The notes: generated from the sequence alone by a model not told the origin. A stretch of DNA of 64,000 bases from Minisyncoccota bacterium (GCA_040905715.1 JBBDRA010000003.1:330679-394678); one strand, 5' to 3'; numbered from the stretch's first letter, positions 10,817-21,124 are shown. Numbers and translations: made by a program.

Positions 10817-10960
10817 GGAGAAAATATTAATCGTATGTCTTTATTGTAGTTGTCGCAGGTGTATATTGCAACCCGATATTTTGATTGATCCAAAACTTTT
10901 TTAAAGACAAGCTATAGAGGTATCTGTAGAGAGTCAACCTGATGTGGTATAGTTTCGCTT

Positions 10961-12982
10961 ATGGAAAAGTTCAAGCTACGCAGTGAATACAAGCCGGCTG
11001 GCGATCAACCCAAGGCAATCGAGGAGCTCTCACAAGGAGTTTTAGATAACCTCGATCATCAAACCCTGCTTGGAGTGACCGGCTCCGGCAAAACCTTCAC
11101 CATGGCCAATGTTATAGCAAATGCGGGTATGCCAACACTGGTTATTGCTCACAACAAAACACTGGCAGCTCAGCTTGCCCAGGAATATCGAGAGTTTTTT
11201 CCGGAGAATGCTGTACATTACTTTGTTTCTTATTATGACTATTATCAGCCGGAAGCGTATATGCCGTCGAGCGACACGTATATTGAAAAGGAGGCACAGA
11301 TCAACGCAGAGATCGATCGTCTTCGCCATGCGTCCACTCAAGCGCTCCTCACTCGCTCTGATGTCATTATTGTTGCATCAGTTTCTTGTATATACGGCTT
11401 AGGTAGCCCTGAGGAATACGAGAAGGTCCACAAGCGTGTTGAAGTTGGGGTGGAGATCACCAGACGTCAGCTGATCAACGGTTTTGTTGATATATATTTC
11501 GAGCGCACAAATGCCGATCTTGAGCCGGGACGCTTTCGGGCTATCGGTACTACTGTCGAGGTAATGCCGGTCAACGAGCGGATCATTTACCGGATCGAGC
11601 TTGTGGGCGATCGAATCGAACGGATACAAAAGGTTGATGCCACAACGCGAAGCATCATAAGTGAAGAGCAGGTGTTTTATTTGTTCCCGGCTCAGCACTT
11701 TGTCACACCAAAGGACGAGAAAGAGCGGGCAGTGAAGCAGATCAAAGACGAGCTCGAAGAGCAGCTGGCGAAATTTAAGCGACAAGGAAAATTACTCGAA
11801 GCAGAGCGGCTTAAGCGCCGCACCAACTATGACATCGCGATGATCCGGGAGATAGGGTATTGCCAGGGTATCGAGAATTACTCCCGACACTTTGACGGGC
11901 GCACTGCTGGCGAGGCGCCACACACGCTACTTTCGTATTTTCCGCATGATGATCAAGGGAATCCGCAGTTTTTAACGATCATAGATGAGTCGCACGTAAC
12001 CGTCCCGCAGATAGGCGGTATGTATGGCGGTGATCGTTCAAGAAAAGAGACACTGGTCGAGCATGGTTTTCGTTTGCCTAGCGCCAAGGATAACCGTCCA
12101 TTAACTTTTGATGAATTTGAGCAGACTGTCGGTCAGCGTATATATACTTCAGCAACACCCTCCGCATATGAATACGAACACAGCAAGAAAGTAGCGGAGC
12201 AGATTATCCGGCCAACCGGTCTGGTTGATCCGAAGATCGAGGTGCATCCGGTCACTGAAACCGAGACCCTGCAAAGCCAGATCAATGATTTTATTGATCG
12301 GGCTGAAAAAGCTATTGCAAAAGGCGGTCGGGTCATCGCAACCACGCTGACCAAGCGTATGGCCGAGGATCTGACCGAGTATCTAAAGGAGCGGGGTGTA
12401 GAGACTCAGTATGTGCACAGCGATATCAAGACGATCGAGCGTATCGATATCCTCACTGCTTTTCGTCGCGGGGAGTTCGATTGCTTGGTCGGTGTGAACT
12501 TACTCCGTGAGGGTCTCGACCTGCCTGAGGTAACGTTCATCGGTATACTTGATGCGGACAAAGAAGGCTTTTTGCGCTCTGAGACATCGTTGATCCAGAT
12601 CATCGGTCGGGCCGCTCGTAATGTTGAGGGTGCTGTTGTACTCTATGCTGACAAGATGACCAAAGCAATGAATTCAGCGATCAGTGAGACAGATCGCCGC
12701 CGAAAAATTCAGCTGGCGTATAACAAAAAGCACAACATCACACCTCAGACGATCAAGAAACAGATCCACGACATTACGGATCAGATGCGGAGCGAGCATG
12801 ACAAGGTCGTTGATCGTGAGTTATTGATTGATCAGCAGTCTGACAAAACGCTCAAGCAGCTGATAAAAGAGAAGGAGAAGCAGATGAATTCAGCGGTAAA
12901 GATCCTGGATTTTGAGACGGCGGCAATTCTTCGAGACGAGATAAAGAAGCTTACAGAGAAAATGCAAAACGAAAACAAGTAA
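10961..12982 (+). CDS. uvrB: excinuclease ABC subunit B
   Basis: 673 aa with the helicase motif GVTGSGKTFT, the beta-hairpin region and the C-terminal UVR domain (ILDFETAAILRDEIKKL). Confidence 0.95.
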   Translation: MEKFKLRSEYKPAGDQPKAIEELSQGVLDNLDHQTLLGVTGSGKTFTMANVIANAGMPTLVIAHNKTLAAQLAQEYREFFPENAVHYFVSYYDYYQPEAYMPSSDTYIEKEAQINAEIDRLRHASTQALLTRSDVIIVASVSCIYGLGSPEEYEKVHKRVEVGVEITRRQLINGFVDIYFERTNADLEPGRFRAIGTTVEVMPVNERIIYRIELVGDRIERIQKVDATTRSIISEEQVFYLFPAQHFVTPKDEKERAVKQIKDELEEQLAKFKRQGKLLEAERLKRRTNYDIAMIREIGYCQGIENYSRHFDGRTAGEAPHTLLSYFPHDDQGNPQFLTIIDESHVTVPQIGGMYGGDRSRKETLVEHGFRLPSAKDNRPLTFDEFEQTVGQRIYTSATPSAYEYEHSKKVAEQIIRPTGLVDPKIEVHPVTETETLQSQINDFIDRAEKAIAKGGRVIATTLTKRMAEDLTEYLKERGVETQYVHSDIKTIERIDILTAFRRGEFDCLVGVNLLREGLDLPEVTFIGILDADKEGFLRSETSLIQIIGRAARNVEGAVVLYADKMTKAMNSAISETDRRRKIQLAYNKKHNITPQTIKKQIHDITDQMRSEHDKVVDRELLIDQQSDKTLKQLIKEKEKQMNSAVKILDFETAAILRDEIKKLTEKMQNENK

Positions 12983-13088
12983 GCGTAAAAGTACAAACAC
13001 AGCAATCTACCGGCCCACATGTGCATAGCTAATTTGCATTTTCTGCTTAAGCTCATTACAATAAACACATTAAATACACGTATCAATT

Positions 13089-13493
13089 ATGGCAGATTCA
13101 AACAAACTTGAAGGCGTTACAGTAATGTGGGTAGAAGACGACAATTTCCTGAGCGAAATGATAGCCAAGAAGCTTAAAGACCAGGGTGCAAATCTTGAAT
13201 TTGCTGCCAGTGGTGAAGACGCGGTGAAGCAACTAGACGAAAGGAAGCCTGACGTCCTTCTTCTCGATATTCTCCTTCCCGGAATGGATGGATACGAAGT
13301 GCTTAAGCAGATGAAACAAAAGGAAGAGCTGAAAGATGTGCCGGTTATTCTATTCTCTAATCTTGGTCAACAGGAAGATATCGACAAAGGATACAAGCTT
13401 GGAGCCGATAAGTTTCTCGTAAAGGCTACTATCGATCTTAATGGTGTAGTTGATGAGATAACGAAACTTCTCAAGGAAAAACAATCAGCATAG
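13089..13493 (+). CDS. stand-alone response-regulator receiver domain (CheY-like)
   Basis: Receiver-domain motifs DVLLLDILLPGMDGYEV and the KPF-like motif (VPVILFSNLG). No output domain is present. Confidence 0.8.
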   Translation: MADSNKLEGVTVMWVEDDNFLSEMIAKKLKDQGANLEFAASGEDAVKQLDERKPDVLLLDILLPGMDGYEVLKQMKQKEELKDVPVILFSNLGQQEDIDKGYKLGADKFLVKATIDLNGVVDEITKLLKEKQSA

Positions 13494-13686
13494 AAAATAG
13501 ACGGGAGTAAAGGAACGGCCTGATCTTGCTGCATATTTATAGCCTCTCTCAAAATGAGAATGAGGGCCTGTTTAGAATGTGTATCCTAGACTCTTACTGT
13601 CAGTCGTGTATGATAATAACCCCGAGTGAATTTCTACGGGGCATTTTGCATTTCCGCCCCATATTTTTTCATAACAGACGAGCTTT

Positions 13687-16494
13687 ATGACAAACGTCAA
13701 TAATAAAAAAGAGAATAAAAAGAAGACTGTGCCCACGAGCAATAAAAAAAACTCAAAAAAGAGTGCCGGAGCAGCTAACAAAGCTGGTAAGAAAAACCCT
13801 ACTAAGCAGGGTGTAGCAAACAAACTCGCAAAAGTACATCATGAGCTTAAACCTGGCGAGTTGGGTGAGGAAAATATTACGGTGCGCGGAGCACGGACAC
13901 ACAACCTTCAGAATGTGACGCTAACTATTCCACGAAACCAGTTGGTGGTATTCACCGGTCTCTCCGGTTCCGGCAAATCATCGCTTGCATTTGATACTAT
14001 TTTTGCCGAAGGACAGCGTCGGTACATTGAGTCGCTTTCGAGCTACGCCCGGCAGTTTCTTCAGCAAATGCAAAAACCGGATGTAGATGAGATCGCCGGT
14101 CTTTCACCGGCCATTTCGATCGATCAGAAGTCTCGCTCTTCAAACCCACGCTCTACTGTGGCGACGATCACCGAGATCTATGACTACTTGCGTGTACTGT
14201 ATGCCCGTATCGGCAAGCCGCACTGTCTTGAGTGCGGGCGTGAGATCGAGAAACTTTCTCACAACGAGATCAAGGAGCTCATTATTGATCGCGTGGAGGA
14301 AAAAAACAGCGCGATTCAGAAAAACGAAAGCAAACTAAGCCTGCCGGTCTATGTTGAGATCTATGCGCCGGTCGTGCGTGGGAGAAAAGGGGAGTACTAC
14401 CAGATGCTGTACGATCTGTTGAACAAAGGGTACAGCAAAGTACGGGTGGATGGGGAGATCAAGGATCTACGTGAACAGATCATTCTCGACAAGAATAAGC
14501 GCCACGACATTGATCTTTTGATCGATCAGATCAATATCACTGATTTTACTGAGGGAAAGACCGACGAGGAGAAAGCAGATCTCAAAGAAGCAGAAGAGCG
14601 ACTTTCGGAAGCGCTCGAAGGGGCCTTGAATGAGACTGAGGGGCTTGTGCGGATAGTGTTCCGTGACAGTGCCGGGGCGCGCAGCGAAGGTGCCGGAGTG
14701 TTAGAAGAATTTATGATGTCTTCGAAATACGTCTGTCCGTATGACGGTTATTCATTTCCGGAAGTCGAGCCGCGGTTGTTTTCATTCAACTCTCCGTACG
14801 GAGCATGTCCGGAGTGTAACGGTCTGGGCACTCGGTTCTTTTTCTCAAACGAGACCTGTCCTGTCTGTAACGGTGCTCGGCTGAGAAAGGAGGCGCTTAA
14901 CGTCACCATTGGCGGAAAGAGTATTGTTGAATTTACCGACCAGTCAAATACAGACGCAAAAGCGTTTCTAGAAGCCATGACCCTGACCAAACGAGAAGAA
15001 AAGATCTCGTCGGTCGTATTTCGGGAGATCGAAGACCGTCTTCAGTTCATGATGGATGTCGGTATCGGCTATCTCACACTCAACCGAAGTGCTAAGACAC
15101 TTTCCGGCGGGGAGGCACAACGCATCCGGCTAGCCACTCAGCTGGGCTCCAAACTTGTAGGTGCTCTATATGTGCTTGATGAGCCGACTATCGGCCTACA
15201 TCCGCGCGACAATGAGCGACTGGTGAACACGCTCAAAAACCTGCGTGATGTAGGAAACACGATAATTGTTGTAGAACACGACGAAGATACGATATTCTCG
15301 AGCGACTACTTGGTTGACATCGGGCCGGGCGCAGGCGTGCACGGCGGCCAGATCGTAGCATCCGGTTATCTTGAGAATCTTCTTGTGCCCGACCTAGACA
15401 ACAAGCAGCTCGTTAAAAAGTCGCTGACCTTGCAATATCTTCGTGGAGAAAAGAAAGTTGAATTGCCGGACAAGCGCCGGACTGCCCAGAAGGGTGCTAT
15501 TCAGATCCGTGGAGGTAAAGCTTTTAATATTAAGAACCTAAGCGTAGACATTCCACTCAATAAACTTATCACGGTCACCGGTGTGTCCGGCTCCGGCAAG
15601 TCCACGTTCGTCTATGAGATCCTCTACAAGAACCTCAAAGCTCGGCTCGAAAAGCGCCACCGTAGTGCTGAGACTTTCAACGCCAAGCGAGTAGAAGGTA
15701 CGGAGTATCTTGGTCGAACGGTTATGATCGACCAGTCGCCGATAGGTCGCACACCGCGATCAAATCCGGCAACCTATACCGGCGCTTTCACACCGATCCG
15801 GGAACTTTTCGCTGAGACAACCGAGGCAAAAGCTCGCGGCTGGAAACCCCGACGGTTCAGTTTCAACGTAAAAGGCGGACGCTGTGAGACCTGCCAAGGC
15901 AACGGCTACATTGCGGTAGAGATGCACTTCCTGCCAACGGTGTATGTACCGTGTGATGTCTGTAACGGCAAGCGTTTTATGAAAGAGACGCTCGAAGTGG
16001 AGTATCGTGGAAAGAATATACACGACGTTCTTCACATGACCGTGGAAGAGTCCATGAAATTCTTTGATGATATTCCTCAGATATCTGATCGACTTCGCTC
16101 ACTCAACGACGTAGGCCTCGGCTACTTAGAACTCGGCCAATCTGCTACCACTCTTTCGGGTGGTGAGGCGCAGCGCGTAAAGATAGCGTCCGAGTTGTAT
16201 CGACAACACACCCAAAAGACCATGTATATTCTCGACGAGCCAACCATCGGCCTGCATTACGAGGACGTGGCAAACCTGATCGTGATCCTGCAGAAGTTAG
16301 TGGAGAAGGGGAATACGGTCCTGGTGATCGAGCATAACATGGACCTTATTAAGAGCTCGGATTATGTTATCGATATTGGACCGGAAGGAGGAGAGGGTGG
16401 TGGAACGATCGTGGCTAAAGGCACACCGGAAGAAGTGGCTGAAGTAGAAAACTCTCACACCGGACAGTATCTCAAACGATCACTGAAAAATTGA
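13687..16494 (+). CDS. uvrA: excinuclease ABC subunit A with a roughly 55-aa lysine-rich N-terminal extension
   Basis: Two ABC modules (GLSGSGKSSLAF and GVSGSGKSTF), zinc-finger Cys clusters and two LSGGE signatures. The canonical UvrA start, VRGARTHNL, begins about residue 56. Confidence 0.95.
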   Translation: MTNVNNKKENKKKTVPTSNKKNSKKSAGAANKAGKKNPTKQGVANKLAKVHHELKPGELGEENITVRGARTHNLQNVTLTIPRNQLVVFTGLSGSGKSSLAFDTIFAEGQRRYIESLSSYARQFLQQMQKPDVDEIAGLSPAISIDQKSRSSNPRSTVATITEIYDYLRVLYARIGKPHCLECGREIEKLSHNEIKELIIDRVEEKNSAIQKNESKLSLPVYVEIYAPVVRGRKGEYYQMLYDLLNKGYSKVRVDGEIKDLREQIILDKNKRHDIDLLIDQINITDFTEGKTDEEKADLKEAEERLSEALEGALNETEGLVRIVFRDSAGARSEGAGVLEEFMMSSKYVCPYDGYSFPEVEPRLFSFNSPYGACPECNGLGTRFFFSNETCPVCNGARLRKEALNVTIGGKSIVEFTDQSNTDAKAFLEAMTLTKREEKISSVVFREIEDRLQFMMDVGIGYLTLNRSAKTLSGGEAQRIRLATQLGSKLVGALYVLDEPTIGLHPRDNERLVNTLKNLRDVGNTIIVVEHDEDTIFSSDYLVDIGPGAGVHGGQIVASGYLENLLVPDLDNKQLVKKSLTLQYLRGEKKVELPDKRRTAQKGAIQIRGGKAFNIKNLSVDIPLNKLITVTGVSGSGKSTFVYEILYKNLKARLEKRHRSAETFNAKRVEGTEYLGRTVMIDQSPIGRTPRSNPATYTGAFTPIRELFAETTEAKARGWKPRRFSFNVKGGRCETCQGNGYIAVEMHFLPTVYVPCDVCNGKRFMKETLEVEYRGKNIHDVLHMTVEESMKFFDDIPQISDRLRSLNDVGLGYLELGQSATTLSGGEAQRVKIASELYRQHTQKTMYILDEPTIGLHYEDVANLIVILQKLVEKGNTVLVIEHNMDLIKSSDYVIDIGPEGGEGGGTIVAKGTPEEVAEVENSHTGQYLKRSLKN

Positions 16495-16533
16495 TCTCAC
16501 TTACAATGTATCGTTCAATAACGATAGAATACT

Positions 16534-16575
16534 AAAAAAAACCCCGCCGGCTTAGTGCGACGGGGTGAGCTTTTG
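16534..16575. terminator. bidirectional intrinsic terminator
   Basis: Hairpin ccccgccggcttagtgcgacgggg with A8 upstream (a T-run on the minus strand) and a T-run downstream. It would terminate both uvrA (+) and the minus-strand RNA candidate. Confidence 0.65.
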
Positions 16576-16830
16576 GGGTTTAGGCCGGACGCAGCCATAG
16601 TTGCGACGCCACTTCTAGGACCGCGGCATATGGAATTGTCTGTGCCTACTTGGTAGTCACACAGTCTGCTCCATAACCTGTGGGCACAGGTTATCCGCGG
16701 CCTGCAGGCCTTCTCCTGTCGTCCAGCAGCATAACCTGGTTGGCTCAGCAACAAGATCTTTCAAGGTCGGTATCTAATCGACCCTTGTTGGACAGAAATG
16801 TACTCCGCCAAAAGCTAGACAAATTTTAAC
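16576..16830 (-). ncRNA. candidate structured noncoding RNA of unknown class; the 5' end is not defined
   Basis: No credible ORF on either strand. The minus-strand sequence is packed with perfect local hairpins (ataacctgtg/cacaggttat; caacaag...cttgttg enclosing ggtcg/cgacc; a palindromic ccgcgg pair) and ends in an intrinsic terminator. Confidence 0.3.
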
Positions 16831-17045
16831 TTAGCGCGCGGTCGCTGTACAGCCAGCACTCGAATTAATTATTTTCTTGTATGTGGATACCAGTATTAAA
16901 CAGCTTTTTTATTAGTGAGATTCCAGTAGCCTAAAAGTGACTGCAGATGACGAAAGCAGAGAGCAAATACGTCAGTTTACTTTTATGCAGAAGGTCTTGA
17001 AAACTCCCTTTGAGTATGTGACTATTAGATTAGGATGGATGCACG

Positions 17046-17444
17046 TTGCATCATAGTAATTCGCACCTCTTACAGGGAGTAGCTGGTATGCCTGACACCG
17101 AAACTGTAGATGGCGTGGTACTGAAGCTCGAAGATCTCAAGGAAGGAGATCGAGTGATAGTGGAAACCATAGGCGAAGAGGCCAAAGACGGAAGCAGGTA
17201 CGAACTGGATGTCCTTAGAAACAATTCACAGGAAGGGGTCATCGTTCACCTGAAGGGCGGCAATGGTGAATTTTCCGAGGGCCAAGAAACGCAGTTGATC
17301 GGCTGCAAGCACCCCGACTCACTGAAGGCAGACACGAAGGTTATTTGCGAGGGGTCTCGCGTTCTTGCGAGGGTTCCGAACTCACCTCGTCGCCTGTATG
17401 TCACGTCGGAGGTGCTCAAGATCGATCTGAGCTCATCGGAATAA
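17046..17444 (+). CDS. hypothetical protein
   Basis: 132-aa acidic ORF. The likely start is MPDTETV at 17088. An intrinsic terminator follows it. Confidence 0.4.
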   Translation: MHHSNSHLLQGVAGMPDTETVDGVVLKLEDLKEGDRVIVETIGEEAKDGSRYELDVLRNNSQEGVIVHLKGGNGEFSEGQETQLIGCKHPDSLKADTKVICEGSRVLARVPNSPRRLYVTSEVLKIDLSSSE

Positions 17445-17478
17445 CTCCGGCTCTGGGCACATTAAACCAATACTACAA

Positions 17479-17520
17479 ACCCCGGACGCAACAGCGTCGC
17501 GGGGTTTTACTGACTTTTTG
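17479..17520 (+). terminator. intrinsic terminator
   Basis: Stem ccccggacgc / gcgtcgcgggg followed by a T-rich run. Confidence 0.6.
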
Positions 17521-17548
17521 TGTAAAACAGATAGGTAATATAGTATGG

Positions 17549-17770
17549 AGGTAGACAGGCGGAAGCACGATGGGGTAGTCGCCGGAGACAACGCAGTGGC
17601 TGAAAATCGCCGGCTAAATCCAGCCAGTAAGCCGTTGGATCTGACGACAAAGCACCGGTCGGCTGATCCCCGGCCGGGCAAAAAGTGAATAGTAAGCCCC
17701 TAAACCCAAGCTTCCTTCCTGACCACCTTTTCGGCTCCCGCTCGTGCCGGAAAGGTGGTTTTATTTTTTT
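17549..17770 (+). promoter_or_regulatory. long structured 5' leader ending in an intrinsic terminator (riboswitch- or attenuator-like), upstream of a small membrane-protein gene
   Basis: Candidate promoter TTGTGT-N15-TATAGT at about 17518-17544. The leader is roughly 220 nt, GC-rich and paired (cgccgg...ccggcg, ccggtcgg...ccggccgg). It ends in accaccttt...aaaggtggt followed by T10 at 17722-17770, about 90 nt before the ATG at 17860. Confidence 0.35.
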
Positions 17771-17859
17771 AACAATCCTAGACTTCAACAATCAGTTTTT
17801 TGTTCAGTTGACTCTGTTTTCTTGAGCTTATACTTCAAAAACTTGCTATACTACTGAAT

Positions 17860-18150
17860 ATGAAAATAAAGAACATACTTCGTATCCTGCTCGGTGTAAT
17901 TCTTATTCTGCTTATACCGCTTGTGCTGCAACTGACGATCGGCTCGGGAGTTGACGGAAATGGCTTTAATTGGATGCCGGGTGATTTTGTGATCATGGGC
18001 GTTCTTCTCTTTGTGGCAGGTCTTGGGGCGCACTTAGCCTGGATAAAATTGGGAAAGTATAGAATCGTTGGACTAGCATTTGCAGCCACAGCATTTCTTT
18101 GGGTTTGGGCCGAACTGGCTGTGGGTGTCTTTACCAACTGGGGGAGTTAG
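17860..18150 (+). CDS. hypothetical small membrane protein (3 TM helices)
   Basis: 96 aa, hydrophobic throughout. Confidence 0.5.
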   Translation: MKIKNILRILLGVILILLIPLVLQLTIGSGVDGNGFNWMPGDFVIMGVLLFVAGLGAHLAWIKLGKYRIVGLAFAATAFLWVWAELAVGVFTNWGS

Positions 18151-18359
18151 TGTGTATTGGTTTAGAACATACTGAATCTGTTTAACACAACGTATCTATT
18201 ACCATATTGCCTACCGACAGACGATGTACGAATTTGCCAGAGTTACGTAAAAAGTTAGTTAGAAGGTCGAAATTCCCACAGTGCACAAACACGGTCGACG
18301 GATTCAATCGTGTTCTTTACCCATAATGACTATGAGTTTTTGTTTTAGCAGGGTAATAT

Positions 18360-19298
18360 ATGCGAATGGAAAACTTTGACGAGAGACATGAAGTGAATGA
18401 GGTTGAGGCGAAGATAGAGCGCTCCACCGTAAACTTTTTCGGTAAAGAAGGTGAGATCTTAGAAGCGGTCAAGAGAGGTAGGGAAAGATTTTTAAATGAT
18501 TCTGAAAATTACGGCGTGCGACCTGAGTGCTTTCGTGATAGAAAAGATGTCGAGGCGGAGGCTTTTATAGCTGCGCTAACTTCTACTGATCAGCAAGAAC
18601 GAGAAAATAAGGCGTATTTTGTTCATGCAATTCATGTACTCGATGATTACTTTGACGAGATTGGCTGGGTCAATGACCCGGAGATATTGTATGAAAATCG
18701 TTCTGATATTGAGAAGGTCCTCAAAAGTCTAGGAGACGTTGGCAAATTCGGTACGAATATGATCGAAAGTGTAGAAGACCATTCATCGGTCAGGAAAGGT
18801 ATTCAAAAAGTCATGTACGGCGGCTTACTTGCCCAAAATTCTTCTGATAAAGAGAAGAGAGGTAAGCTTATTCAGGAGTATGTAAAAGTAGGAACTGAAC
18901 TGATTGACGAAAATTTTACTTCAGATATTGAAAAAATAGATCCAACAGCTTACTTTATGACGAATAAAGTGGCTATGGAATTGATCAATGCAAACGAGAA
19001 GGATCACGATGTGAATGTGTCTGAGGCATGGAATCTTATTTTTACTCCGGCACTTTATTACCATAATCTTTCTGAGGAGGAAAAAAGAGAGGTTTCCGGA
19101 TTTAATAAAGACGAAGAGCCTGATCTGGAAGAAGAAATGATAAAAATGGTCAATCTCGGTTTTTCTTATACCAATGCATTTTCAGATAGTGAAGAAAAAA
19201 GAAAGTTACGAATGGATCAATTTAAATTGGTCTGCTACTCCTTTAAAAAAGTATTGCCTGAAGCAATTTTTGCTGAATATATGAGACACCTGGAGTAA
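18360..19298 (+). CDS. hypothetical protein in an AT-rich orphan ORF
   Basis: 312 aa, K/E-rich, no recognisable domain. Composition is markedly more AT-rich than the neighbours. Confidence 0.45.
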   Translation: MRMENFDERHEVNEVEAKIERSTVNFFGKEGEILEAVKRGRERFLNDSENYGVRPECFRDRKDVEAEAFIAALTSTDQQERENKAYFVHAIHVLDDYFDEIGWVNDPEILYENRSDIEKVLKSLGDVGKFGTNMIESVEDHSSVRKGIQKVMYGGLLAQNSSDKEKRGKLIQEYVKVGTELIDENFTSDIEKIDPTAYFMTNKVAMELINANEKDHDVNVSEAWNLIFTPALYYHNLSEEEKREVSGFNKDEEPDLEEEMIKMVNLGFSYTNAFSDSEEKRKLRMDQFKLVCYSFKKVLPEAIFAEYMRHLE

Positions 19299-19358
19299 GC
19301 ATACGTATTTGTTATTATTTGACTATAAGGTTAGACGCTTGTGAGATACAATAAAGGC

Positions 19359-19886
19359 ATGGAAAAAGCAACATTTGCAGGTGGATGCTTTTGGTGTCAG
19401 GACGCAGTATTTCGGATGCTCAAAGGTGTCCATTTGGTACGCTCCGGCTACTCAGGCGGTGATACGAAAGATCCGTCATACGAAACGGTTTCAGAGGGGG
19501 TAACCTGGCATCGTGAGGCGGTACAGATAGAGTATGATCCAGACGAGATATCGTTTGAAGATCTGTTGGAAGTATTTTGGACCTCGCATGACCCCACGCA
19601 GGTTGGCGGGCAAGGGAGTGATATCGGGCCTCAGTACGAGGCGGCTATTTTCTACCATACTGAGGAGCAGAGAAGCGCTGCTGAGCAATCAAAGCAAGCT
19701 CTCGAGGGCTCAACGGTATATGATGCACCGATCGCTACCGAGATTCTGCCTTACAAGAACTTTTATCCGGCCGAGGAGTATCATCAGGGCTATTATCAGA
19801 ACAATAGTGACGCACCCTACTGTCAGTTGGTGATAAATCCAAAAGTGGAGAAAGTAAGGGAATTGTTTTCTAAAAAATTAAAATAA
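19359..19886 (+). CDS. msrA: peptide methionine sulfoxide reductase MsrA
   Basis: Active site GGCFWC. The track start is a GTG at 19341; the ATG at 19359 is preferred. Confidence 0.9.
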   Translation: MEKATFAGGCFWCQDAVFRMLKGVHLVRSGYSGGDTKDPSYETVSEGVTWHREAVQIEYDPDEISFEDLLEVFWTSHDPTQVGGQGSDIGPQYEAAIFYHTEEQRSAAEQSKQALEGSTVYDAPIATEILPYKNFYPAEEYHQGYYQNNSDAPYCQLVINPKVEKVRELFSKKLK

Positions 19887-19972
19887 CGTCTTACAATAGC
19901 TTCTGCTGGTTTTTATAAAGTAAAAGCGTGTGAGAAACATTCTCACACGCTTTGCTAGTAGGTGTGCCCCCT

Positions 19973-20911
19973 TTAACTGTCACCATTTCCTCTTCGAGAT
20001 CCTTTTCTCTCTAGGACCTCTCCGGCAACGTCAGCAATGTTCATCGCTTGCTCTGATATTCGCTCGCAATGGGTCTTCAACTGCTCAACTTCCTCATTGC
20101 TACGCGAGGCGATCGCCTCGCGTAGTTTTCTTGGGTTGAGATCCGTTAGTGACGCGAGTGTATTTTCGGCAAGCCGATTTACTCGCTGAAATCGTCGGGC
20201 CGGTTGCTGTCGTTGTGGAATCCGTCCGCCGTGCTTCTCGTTCACTTCGTCTATTATCTTACTCGCTCTTGCAACAGAAATGCGCTGCCCGATCAGACGG
20301 TGGGCAACAAGTTGCTGAACCTTGTGGTCGCATTCAGTCAGAAGCCTCGCTATCTGAAGCTTCATTCTGTTTTCAGCCGGAAGTGCCGGATCAATGTATT
20401 TCACCACATCGGGATGGAGCTTAAGCAGACGATAGTAGCTGTGGATCCAGTAAACTGATTTGCCGGTTAGTACCTCGATCTCCTTACCACTGAGTCCGTC
20501 GTGTTTGAGGCGCTCGATACTCCGTGCGATCTCCATCGGCGTATGTTCTTCACGATTGAAGTTTGCCGCAATGGAGAACATAAAGGCTTGCTCTGCGCTT
20601 CTTATGTTCTTCGCGACGAATGCGCGTATCTCAGTTGATTCACGCATCCGCATTGCTCGCCAGCGTCGCTCGCCATCAACGATCTGATAATCGGCTTCAT
20701 CAGATGCTTCGAACGGAACAACAATGATCGGCATAAGTTGGCCGATCGCTTCAACCCCGTCCGCGAAGTGAGCGAGCACCACTTCATCAAAATACTTTCT
20801 CGGCTGGCCGGGGTCGGGGACGACTCGGTCAATCGGGATCATTCGGATGCTTCCAAGAAGCTTTGTGAGTTGAGGTGTGCGTTCTGTGGTCGGAGTAGCA
20901 AACTGGTTCAT
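19973..20911 (-). CDS. ParB/Srx-domain protein (ParB-like nuclease and DNA-binding domains) with no adjacent parA
   Basis: N-terminal ParB box (IPIDRVVPDPGQPRKYF...YQIVDGERRWRAMRM) followed by helical regions. Confidence 0.7.
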   Translation of the reverse strand: MNQFATPTTERTPQLTKLLGSIRMIPIDRVVPDPGQPRKYFDEVVLAHFADGVEAIGQLMPIIVVPFEASDEADYQIVDGERRWRAMRMRESTEIRAFVAKNIRSAEQAFMFSIAANFNREEHTPMEIARSIERLKHDGLSGKEIEVLTGKSVYWIHSYYRLLKLHPDVVKYIDPALPAENRMKLQIARLLTECDHKVQQLVAHRLIGQRISVARASKIIDEVNEKHGGRIPQRQQPARRFQRVNRLAENTLASLTDLNPRKLREAIASRSNEEVEQLKTHCERISEQAMNIADVAGEVLERKGSRRGNGDS

Positions 20912-21124
20912 GTCGAGGGACTCCTCTTCAAGGAACTGTATCTTCTACCCCGGTGGTAGTGTTTCTAAAATGATACTGACAGAAATAATATTGAAATGCA
21001 ACGTGTTCTCTGCGTGCGGTTGTGTATATAAAACTGAGGTGAGGTATTGCGGTGTTTGTCACTGTATGGTTCACTGGCTAATGGATCCTCTTTTTCTCGA
21101 CATTCTTCACAATGGAGGTGCCGT

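Noticed and set aside
16515-16754. 79-aa minus-strand ORF
   Set aside because: It runs through the terminator hairpin. Its product is Arg/Ser/Gly/Pro-rich with no SD. The region is better explained as structured RNA.
17549-17770. tmRNA reading of the leader, because GGGCAAAAAGUGAAUAGUAAGCC resembles the A-rich UAGUC stretch before the tmRNA tag
   Set aside because: No tag reading frame with a near stop, no tRNA-like 3' domain, and an intrinsic terminator directly before a gene. A cis-regulatory leader is more likely.
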